NCBI GenBank assembly: GCA_039030375.1
Contig: JBCCEH010000007.1
Span: forward strand, 42,607 to 106,606
Source of the DNA: Pseudomonadota bacterium
GTDB lineage: Bacteria > Pseudomonadota > Gammaproteobacteria > Steroidobacterales > Woeseiaceae
DNA: 64,000 bases
Direction of reading: 5' to 3'
The number at the start of each line of letters is the position of its first letter. Positions within the stretch are counted from its first letter, which is position 1. The position numbers were made by a program, and so were the translations under genes. The notes below the pieces were generated by a model that did not search any database, was not told the origin of the DNA, and was given only the letters and a program-made list of their open reading frames with translations. Positions 19,605-24,470 of this stretch are shown piece after piece.

Positions 19605-19680
19605 TGGCACGGCCGGCTGGACTTGAACCAGCGCCCTCGACTTTCGCAAAGTCGCGCTCTGTCCACTGAGCTACGGCCGT
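19605..19680 (-). tRNA. tRNA-Arg (anticodon GCG), CCA encoded
   Basis: Acceptor ACGGCCG/CGGCCGT 7/7, D arm GCTC-AGTGGACA-GAGC, anticodon arm CGACT-TTGCGAA-AGTCG, T arm GCTGG-TTCAAGT-CCAGC. Confidence 0.85.
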
Positions 19681-19692
19681 ATAGAATAAGTT

Positions 19693-19717
19693 GGGAGGGT
19701 GCGTTGCACACCCTCCC
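19693..19717 (-). terminator. hairpin downstream of the SPFH gene (possible attenuating terminator or processing site)
   Basis: GGGAGGGTG-tgcaacg-CACCCTCCC on the minus strand, followed by only a weak T-rich tract (AACTTATTCTAT). Confidence 0.45.
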
Positions 19718-19726
19718 GGTGCTGAA

Positions 19727-21016
19727 TTAAGACTTGATGTTTACCAGGCCATTCAGCAAAGCGTCGAGACCACCCACGACGGATAGATCGCCGACGTTTT
19801 CGGTGATCTTCTCGAGAGTCTCCAGCTCTTTGAGACGTAGCGCTACGTTGTTGCTTTCCATCACTTTCGCGGTGTTCAGCAACGAGCGCGTTGCATTGGT
19901 CTCTTCGCGACGGCGAATCACGTTCGCTTGCGCCGCTTTTTCGGCTTCAACCACCTTGCCCAGCAGGTCTTTCATATCGCCGGGAAGGATGATGTCTTTG
20001 ACACCCACGCTAAGCACGCTGAGGCCGATTTCAGCAAAACGCTCACCAAGATGCTCAGCGATGTCGCGGTCGATCGCTGTCTTGTCCTCGAGCAGCGCAT
20101 CCAGTTTGCGAGTACCCACCGCAGCGCGAAGACCAAATTGGATCTCTTTGTACAGCTGATCCAGCGGGTCTTTGACGGCGCGAACGGCCTTGGCCGCATC
20201 GACGTACTGGTAAGACGCGGTGACGTTGATACGCAGTGCCACTTTGTCCTTGGTCAGGATTTCCTGACCTTGAACTTCCAGCGCTTTGACACGCAGGTCC
20301 ACCAGCTCTACGCCAACGGCGTGCGCAACATTCCAAAACGCGTGCAGGCCCGCTGTTAATGATTTGGTGAACTCACCGTCCACGTACAGCAGACCGACAT
20401 GACCATCTGGCACGATGCGCGCGCAAACCGCTTTGTCGACCACCGCAAGCACTTTCGCGTCGCGGCCATTCACAAGGCGCTTGGTCAGACGTGAATCCAG
20501 CGCAATACCCTCGTTGAGGTCGTAGCGCTCAACACGAACATTGACCACGCCCTTCCAGTAGAGCTTGCGCTCTGCCGGAGCAAGCACGGCCGCCGCACGT
20601 CCATTGAGATAGACCAATGCGACTTCATCGGCATTGGTTTCAACGATATGAAACTGGTGCTCGATCACTGCACGTTCGGCTTCGATCAGATAGTCGGCCA
20701 GACGGTGTTCAAACGCGGCGAACGAAATATCAAAACGCTCAACCGCATACTGGCCGCGCACACCGAAGTAACGATAAGTTCCCGGTGCCAGGAACTCGAT
20801 GAAGTCTCCGTCTTTAAACAGGAGACCGCGCTCGTGCTTGCGCACGACGAATTTCGTATAGAACCACATTAGGCGTTCTCCTTCTTCGTTGTTGTTACCG
20901 TCCAATGACGGTGGTTGATTAGGACGTAAAACGCGTACCGGCTGATCCGCAGGGCGGCTTAGCGTCTGCACGCGAATGCGTCGTTCTACTTCTGCTAGTC
21001 GACTGAGACCAGCCAC
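19727..21016 (-). CDS. SPFH/band-7 (slipin-like) domain protein
   Basis: C-terminal half has band-7-type sequence (..ILTKDKVALRINVTASYQ..VKDIILPGDMKDLL..AEKAAQANVIRRREE..). Two candidate starts: GTG 21016 (13-nt SD) or ATG 20869 (AAGGAG SD). Confidence 0.85.
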   Translation of the reverse strand: MAGLSRLAEVERRIRVQTLSRPADQPVRVLRPNQPPSLDGNNNEEGERLMWFYTKFVVRKHERGLLFKDGDFIEFLAPGTYRYFGVRGQYAVERFDISFAAFEHRLADYLIEAERAVIEHQFHIVETNADEVALVYLNGRAAAVLAPAERKLYWKGVVNVRVERYDLNEGIALDSRLTKRLVNGRDAKVLAVVDKAVCARIVPDGHVGLLYVDGEFTKSLTAGLHAFWNVAHAVGVELVDLRVKALEVQGQEILTKDKVALRINVTASYQYVDAAKAVRAVKDPLDQLYKEIQFGLRAAVGTRKLDALLEDKTAIDRDIAEHLGERFAEIGLSVLSVGVKDIILPGDMKDLLGKVVEAEKAAQANVIRRREETNATRSLLNTAKVMESNNVALRLKELETLEKITENVGDLSVVGGLDALLNGLVNIKS

Positions 21017-21019
21017 TTG

Positions 21020-21032
21020 GGATCACCTCCTT
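21020..21032 (-). promoter_or_regulatory. over-long Shine-Dalgarno (AAGGAGGUGAUCC), 13-nt complement of the 16S rRNA 3' tail
   Basis: The plus strand reads GGATCACCTCCTT, which is the 16S 3'-terminal sequence. The AGGAGG core lies 9 nt upstream of GTG 21016. Confidence 0.6.
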
Positions 21033-21336
21033 TGTTGTCGATAGTTAGGCGGCCCAGACCATCGCTGGCCGGAGACTTAGAATATGTGTGCCCGTCATCA
21101 CAAAACTGCTGGAGATCGGCGGCGCCGGTGAATCGGGCACATCGTGCACGCGTCGTCGACTGTTGCCCACGATCAAGATTGCTATCGCAGGTAACGAGCG
21201 GACGAGGCGTGGGCGGTATGCTGGATTGACACGACGGATCACTAATCGGCAGCAACCGTGTTGCTCCAACGTAGGACGTCCTTGCGGATCGTCAATCGTC
21301 TTTGCCGACAACGGACACGGGTGGGGCGATATCCTC

Positions 21337-21399
21337 GCCCGGGAGCGGATTCGAACCGCAAGGCGCTAGCCTTACCCTTAAGACCGAGTGAAGGTCGGT
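21337..21399 (-). pseudogene. 3'-partial tRNA-like element (anticodon-type hairpin + long variable hairpin + T arm, no 5' acceptor/D arm, no CCA)
   Basis: RNA: ACCGA-CCTTCAC-TCGGT-CTTA-AGGG-TAAG-GCTAGCGCCT-TGCGG-TTCGAAT-CCGCT-CCCGGGC. The next element starts immediately 5' of it. Confidence 0.35.
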
Positions 21400-21471
21400 G
21401 TGGAAATGCAAGATTCGAACTTGCGACACTCAGATTCTGGTCTGATGCTCTAACCACTGAGCTAAATTCCC
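21397..21471 (-). pseudogene. degenerate tRNA (intact D and T arms, 6-nt anticodon loop, 2 acceptor mismatches, no CCA)
   Basis: RNA: GGGAATT-TA-GCTC-AGTGGTTA-GAGC-A-TCAGA-CCAGAA-TCTGA-GTGTC-GCAAG-TTCGAAT-CTTGC-ATTTCCA. Confidence 0.4.
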
Positions 21472-21472
21472 G

Positions 21473-21581
21473 TGGTGGTTGAGTGCTAACGGTACGCTCG
21501 GTACACACCGTGCGATCGGAGCGTAAGTGCGCCAGACGGGATAGAAACCCGAACCGCTGAACGCCGTGCGCATGCCCAACC
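21473..21581 (-). ncRNA. 109-nt RNA closed by an acceptor stem and ending A-CCA (not a cloverleaf)
   Basis: GGTTGGG pairs with CTCAACC (one G.U), then A-CCA. Internal helices TGCGC/GCGCA (enclosing CGGG-TTTCTAT-CCCG) and TACGCTC/GAGCGTA. No T arm next to the 3' acceptor strand. Confidence 0.5.
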
Positions 21582-21582
21582 C

Positions 21583-21659
21583 TGGTAGTCCGAGACGGAT
21601 TCGAACCGACGACCTCCGCTTTGTAAGAGCGGCGCTCTAACCCACTGAGCTATCGGACA
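21583..21659 (-). tRNA. tRNA-Val (anticodon UAC), CCA encoded
   Basis: Anticodon arm CCGCT-CTTACAA-AGCGG, D arm GCTC-AGTGGGTTA-GAGC, T loop TTCGAAT. U1.U72 and U50.U64 mismatches. Confidence 0.8.
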
Positions 21660-21662
21660 ACT

Positions 21663-21733
21663 TGGTCGAGAGGGCGGGATTCGAACCCGCGTTAACAGGG
21701 TTATGAGCCCTGCCTGAGACCACCTCCCTCTCA
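21663..21733 (-). tRNA. tRNA with anticodon CAU (Met or Ile2 type) and a reduced D arm, 71 nt, CCA encoded
   Basis: RNA: TGAGAGG-GAG-GTGGT-CTC-AGG-CAGGG-CTCATAA-CCCTG-TTAAC-GCGGG-TTCGAAT-CCCGC-CCTCTCG-A-CCA. Confidence 0.5.
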
Positions 21734-21734
21734 T

Positions 21735-21810
21735 TGGTGCGGGCAGCAGAATTCGAATCTACAACCTCGACGATGGCGGCGTCGTGCTCTACCGTTGGAG
21801 CTATACCCGC
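21735..21810 (-). tRNA. tRNA-Gly (anticodon GCC), CCA encoded, C at position 33
   Basis: Acceptor GCGGGTA/TGCCCGC (U6.G67), D arm GCTC-CAACGGTA-GAGC, anticodon arm CGACG-CCGCCAT-CGTCG, T arm GTAGA-TTCGAAT-TCTGC. Confidence 0.8.
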
Positions 21811-21817
21811 ATAAACT

Positions 21818-21891
21818 TGGTCCGTCCTGAGAGAATCGAACTCCCGTCAACAGGTTAAAAGCCTGCTGCTCCACCACTAAGCCAAGGACGG
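21818..21891 (-). tRNA. tRNA-Lys (anticodon UUU), CCA encoded
   Basis: Acceptor CCGTCCT/AGGACGG 7/7, anticodon loop CTTTTAA, D loop AGTGGTG, T loop TTCGATT. Confidence 0.85.
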
Positions 21892-21893
21892 AT

Positions 21894-21972
21894 TGGCCTG
21901 CCCGGCAGGACTTGAACCTGCACATCGCCTGGTTCGAAGCCAGGTGCCTTCATCCAGTTTGGCCACGGGCAG
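21894..21972 (-). tRNA. tRNA-Arg (anticodon UCG), CCA encoded
   Basis: RNA: CTGCCCG-TG-GCCA-AACTGGATGA-AGGC-A-CCTGG-CTTCGAA-CCAGG-CGATGT-GCAGG-TTCAAGT-CCTGC-CGGGCAG-G-CCA. Confidence 0.75.
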
Positions 21973-21975
21973 TTT

Positions 21976-22046
21976 TGGCGGAGAAGCCCAATTCGCCCGC
22001 GGACGCTAGGGCTTCTCCATAGATTGGTGCGAATTGATCTTTAGTG
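21976..22046 (-). ncRNA. family-A RNA, T-arm-deleted variant
   Basis: RNA: CACTAAAGATC-AATTCGC-ACCAATCTAT(GGAGAAGCCC)TAGCGTCCGCGG-GCGAATT-GGGCTTCTCC-G-CCA. The bracketed loop segment pairs with the 3' terminal strand. 5' extent uncertain (up to about 22092). Confidence 0.5.
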
Positions 22047-22092
22047 CTTGTGTTTCCAAGTGCCGGCATCCGCCATCTGCGGCGGGAGGATT

Positions 22093-22168
22093 TGGGGTGA
22101 ACGACCGGAATCGAACCCGCATCGTCCAGAGTCACATTCTGGAGCTTTACCGTTAAGCTACGTTCACC
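22093..22168 (-). tRNA. tRNA-His (anticodon GUG) with encoded G-1 and C73, CCA encoded
   Basis: Acceptor GTGAACG/CGTTCAC 7/7 plus an extra 5' G opposite C73. Anticodon loop ATGTGAC, D arm GCTT-AACGGTA-AAGC. Confidence 0.85.
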
Positions 22169-22174
22169 ATGATT

Positions 22175-22344
22175 TGGCGGAGACTGAGAGGATCAAAATC
22201 CCACATCCTTTCGGACTTCACCGGGTTCACAAAACGCATACGTTTTGGACGCACGAGTGAAAGCGAGTGCGGGGCACCGCCCCGAGAATCGCCCCAAGGC
22301 GATTCGAGTCAAACCGGATAAGCACGCCGGCCTTGCGAGTCTCC
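22175..22344 (-). ncRNA. 170-nt highly structured RNA closed by a tRNA-like acceptor stem and ending G-CCA
   Basis: GGAGACT pairs with AGTCTCC 7/7. Internal helices CAAGGC/GCCTTG, CGGGGC-GGT-GCCCCG, CGCAC/GTGCG, CAAAACG-TATG-CGTTTTG, TCC-GAAA-GGA. No CACTAAAG core and no canonical T loop. Confidence 0.5.
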
Positions 22345-22351
22345 GTACGAT

Positions 22352-22425
22352 TGGTGCGGGCATTCAGAATCGAACTGAATCATCTTGGGTGGAAGCCAAG
22401 CACTCTGCCAATGAGCTATACCCGC
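22352..22425 (-). tRNA. tRNA-Gly (anticodon UCC), CCA encoded
   Basis: Same acceptor as the GCC isoacceptor (GCGGGTA/TGCCCGC). Anticodon arm CTTGG-CTTCCAC-CCAAG, T arm TTCAG-TTCGATT-CTGAA. Confidence 0.85.
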
Positions 22426-22431
22426 GGAAAC

Positions 22432-22606
22432 TGGTCTGGAAGGCTGGATTTGAACCCCAATCTGCCTGCTTTGCATCGAGCACTGAGTTGGTCCCCGCAG
22501 ATTGACCTTTAGCCAGATCGTTCGATCGTGCGCATTGAAGGTTGAATCGTTTCTCGACGCACAACAACGATTACTTGCCTCCCTGACCAGGCTGAGCTAC
22601 TTCCAG
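22432..22606 (-). ncRNA. family-A tRNA-like RNA, 175 nt, with a tRNA-type 5' acceptor and D arm
   Basis: RNA: CTGGAAG-TA-GCTC-AGCCTGGTCAGG-GAGG-C..AATCGTT-(14 nt)-AACGATT..GGCTAAAGGTC-AATCTGC-(31 nt)-GCAGATT-GGGG-TTCAAAT-CCAGC-CTTCCAG-A-CCA. Confidence 0.6.
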
Positions 22607-22610
22607 AAAG

Positions 22611-22688
22611 TGGTAGACCGGGGCCGAATCGAACGGCCGACCTCGCGAATATCAGTCGCGTGCTCTCGACCAACTGAGCTACCGGTCT
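22611..22688 (-). tRNA. tRNA-Ile (anticodon GAU), CCA encoded
   Basis: All four stems are perfect: AGACCGG/CCGGTCT, GCTC/GAGC, CGCGA-CTGATAT-TCGCG, GGCCG-TTCGATT-CGGCC. Confidence 0.9.
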
Positions 22689-22697
22689 ACAGAGTCA

Positions 22698-22922
22698 TTA
22701 CGCCAGAGGTACAAAAGATCCCTCGCCCATCGCTCGCTTGATATAGCGCATGAAGAAAATAGCTTTATCTTCGAGTTCGAGAGTGGCATCGCCGATATCT
22801 TCCAGCGGAACCGGAAACTGAAATGCGCCCTGCAATGGCACCGATACGCCGTAGTAGGCAATGCCCTGGCGGTACCGAACGAATCGAACGGTGTTGTCTT
22901 TCACAATGTCTTTAATGTTCAT
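22698..22922 (-). CDS. hypothetical 74-aa protein embedded in the tRNA array
   Basis: ATG 22922 is preceded by GGGAGAA, 21 nt downstream of the CCA of the 22943 RNA. The upstream part of the track ORF overlaps that RNA and was trimmed. No motif recognised. Confidence 0.4.
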   Translation of the reverse strand: MNIKDIVKDNTVRFVRYRQGIAYYGVSVPLQGAFQFPVPLEDIGDATLELEDKAIFFMRYIKRAMGEGSFVPLA

Positions 22923-22942
22923 AGTTTCTCCCGAATTAAAGT

Positions 22943-23137
22943 TGGTAATCCCGACAGGATTTGAACCCAATCCGCCCTCCGCGTTTATGAGCAAGAAGAC
23001 GGTTGGTGCGGATTGATCTTTAGGATGCTGTGTGTGAGCACTCCGGTCATGCGAGCACTGAAGATCAATCTGCAGTTAGTTAAGCCTGACAATTAAGACC
23101 GCGGGCAGATTGGGCTTAACCATTCGCCCACGGGATC
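22943..23137 (-). ncRNA. family-A tRNA-like RNA, 195 nt, with a class-II-type D arm
   Basis: RNA: GATCCCG-TG-GGCG-AATGGTTA-A-GCC-C-AATCTGC-(31)-GCAGATT-GATCTTCAG-(33)-CTAAAGATC-AATCCGC-(32)-GCGGATT-GGG-TTCAAAT-CCTGT-CGGGATT-A-CCA. Confidence 0.6.
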
Positions 23138-23152
23138 ATTTGAAAAATGAGT

Positions 23153-23289
23153 GTTTGGTGCGGATTGATCTTCAGTGCGTTCCGTGGAAGCACTCCGATG
23201 ATGCGAGCACTAACGATCAATCTGCACTTAGCCAAGCCTGACAATTAAGACCGCGGGCAGATTGGGCTTAACCATTCGCCCACGGGATC
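23153..23289 (-). ncRNA. 5'-partial tandem duplicate of the 22943-23137 RNA (lacks last loop, T arm and acceptor 3' strand)
   Basis: 23230-23289 is nearly identical to 23078-23137. The copy ends after ..CACTGAAGATC-AATCCGC-ACCAA. Confidence 0.55.
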
Positions 23290-23296
23290 GGAAAAG

Positions 23297-23372
23297 TGGC
23301 GGTGCGACCCGGACTTGAACCGAGATCTCCTTGATCGACAATCAAGCGCTCGACCGATTGAGCTACCGCACC
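23297..23372 (-). tRNA. tRNA-Asp (anticodon GUC), CCA encoded
   Basis: Discriminator G, anticodon arm CTTGA-TTGTCGA-TCAAG, D arm GCTC-AATCGGTC-GAGC, T arm CTCGG-TTCAAGT-CCGGG. Confidence 0.85.
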
Positions 23373-23376
23373 GAGT

Positions 23377-23403
23377 AGAAAAAAGCGCTGAGACTAAGCG
23401 CTT
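23377..23403 (-). terminator. intrinsic terminator inside the array
   Basis: Minus strand: AAGCGCT-TAGTCTC-AGCGCTT followed by TTTTTC, ending 5 nt upstream of tRNA-Asp. Confidence 0.7.
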
Positions 23404-23728
23404 CGCGGCCATCCTTTTGCGCGAGTACCGGACCGCCCTGCCGGGCGCCGTTGCGCGCGTGTCCACGACGACCTAACCGAAGCCAGCGCCGGCGTATACA
23501 GCCATGACTGCCTTTTTGAGAGTGTGGCGATTCACTCGTCGTACGAACCTATTCAGCAACTCGCGTACCGTGGACCTTGCGGGCCCTAAATGGGAGCTCC
23601 CCAACCGTGCGGCTTACTGCAAAGAACACGCTTGCTTGCGGCTCACGCGTTCGCCGAATTACCCGAGGGCTCCGGCCTTAAGCCATTTTCAGTTCGTACC
23701 GAGACACGTCTTTGCGTTGATTGTCGGT
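23404..23728 (-). ncRNA. ORF-free 325-nt GC-rich segment ending at its own terminator (candidate structured RNA of unknown class)
   Basis: No ORF with coding character on either strand. Local helices include GAGTG-AATCGCCA-CACTC and CTGGC-TTCG-GTTAG. Confidence 0.35.
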
Positions 23729-23799
23729 GTGTAATGCCGGATTCGAACCGGCAACCGATCGCTTAGGAGGCGATTGCTCTACCTCTGAGCTTAAAACAC
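23729..23799 (-). tRNA. tRNA-Arg (anticodon CCU), weak acceptor stem, no encoded CCA
   Basis: Anticodon arm ATCGC-CTCCTAA-GCGAT, D arm GCTC-AGAGGTA-GAGC, T arm GCCGG-TTCGAAT-CCGGC all perfect. Acceptor pairs only 5/7 (two U.U). Confidence 0.5.
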
Positions 23800-24274
23800 A
23801 AATACCCATTTCGACGTGCGTGCCTCAGTTGCTTCGTTGCTTGCTTCGCAACGAAATACAACACGCCGAATGTCGTTCACCTGCCGGTTACTGAACCGGA
23901 ACCAAGGACGCTGACTGCGCACCAGCTCCCCAAATTCCTGCACGATCGCACTTGCTGGCAAAGCTCGTACTGATTCGCACTATCTGTTACCCGTCACGAT
24001 CTACGGTTTGGTATCTCGGGTTGCGCCACCACGCGTTCTTTCACGGACACGTATTTACCCGGCAAAGCCAGTACGTTAAGCCCGCTACTTCCGTGCACCG
24101 CTGGACTCGCTATCACCGGCTAAACCGATGACTATTGGGGGCCAGACTTGCCTGGATCAACCAATTCGAAAACTGGCGAAGCACCATGGGTAGTACTCCT
24201 TTCCCGCCGTTACCGACGGTTAGCAGCGCCAGGCCGCTATAAAGAACCTCGACCGAAATCGATGGCCCTGAATG
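23800..24274 (-). ncRNA. ORF-free 475-nt segment between two tRNAs (candidate large structured RNA)
   Basis: No credible ORF. Many short GC helices. Strand is assumed from the surrounding genes. Confidence 0.3.
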
Positions 24275-24350
24275 TGGTGGAGGACCGCGGATTCAAACCG
24301 CGCACCTTCCGCTTGCAAAACGGATGCTCTATCGACTGAGCTAGTCCCCC
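24275..24350 (-). tRNA. tRNA-Ala (anticodon UGC) with the G3.U70 identity pair, CCA encoded
   Basis: Acceptor GGGGGAC/GTCCTCC gives G3.U70. D arm GCTC-AGTCGATA-GAGC, anticodon loop TTTGCAA, T arm CGCGG-TTTGAAT-CCGCG. Confidence 0.9.
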
Positions 24351-24470
24351 GTTGTTCTTGAATTCGTAATCGATAATTTGCGAAAAATAAATACGCGCCT
24401 ACCGTGATGCGGGTATGCATCTATGGCTTAGAAACTTGATTTATTAGTTAGCCACTTGAATGACTCTTGT

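Noticed and set aside
19162-23137. Archaeal-type bulge-helix-bulge introns, or hammerhead/twister-type self-cleaving ribozymes, inside the long tRNA-like RNAs. Either would fit RtcB chemistry.
   Set aside because: I could not place two 3-nt bulges around a 4-bp helix. No CUGAUGA..GAAA or other ribozyme core is present (the closest is CTGATCA). No splicing-endonuclease gene is nearby. This remains unresolved rather than disproved and needs covariance-model scans.
19226-23177. CACTAAAG resembles the -8 to -1 core of the phage T3 RNA polymerase promoter (..CCCTCACTAAAGGGAGA). I considered that family-A cores might be phage-type promoters.
   Set aside because: Positions corresponding to -17 to -9 are not conserved between copies. 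No single-subunit RNAP gene is in the window. The flanking helix covaries as RNA. I treat the match as coincidence.
23404-23728. Possible group I intron. GTAATTCGGCGAA and GAGCCGCAAGC resemble the P/Q (P4) elements and the AAATTCGGCGAAAC string of the Azoarcus tRNA intron. A CTGGC-TTCG-GTTAG hairpin resembles P6.
   Set aside because: The segment is flanked by two complete tRNAs rather than tRNA halves, and it ends in an intrinsic terminator. I could not find the P7/R-S core (no GACUA-type element). I keep it only as an unclassified structured-RNA candidate.
23800-24274. RNase P RNA or tmRNA. Short resemblances include GTGAAAG..GCGCAACC and GGGTAACAG.
   Set aside because: No P4 strands (GAGGAAAGUCCGG / ACAGAACCCGGCUUA). 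No tRNA-like 3' end or tag ORF. The spacing of the similar strings is wrong.
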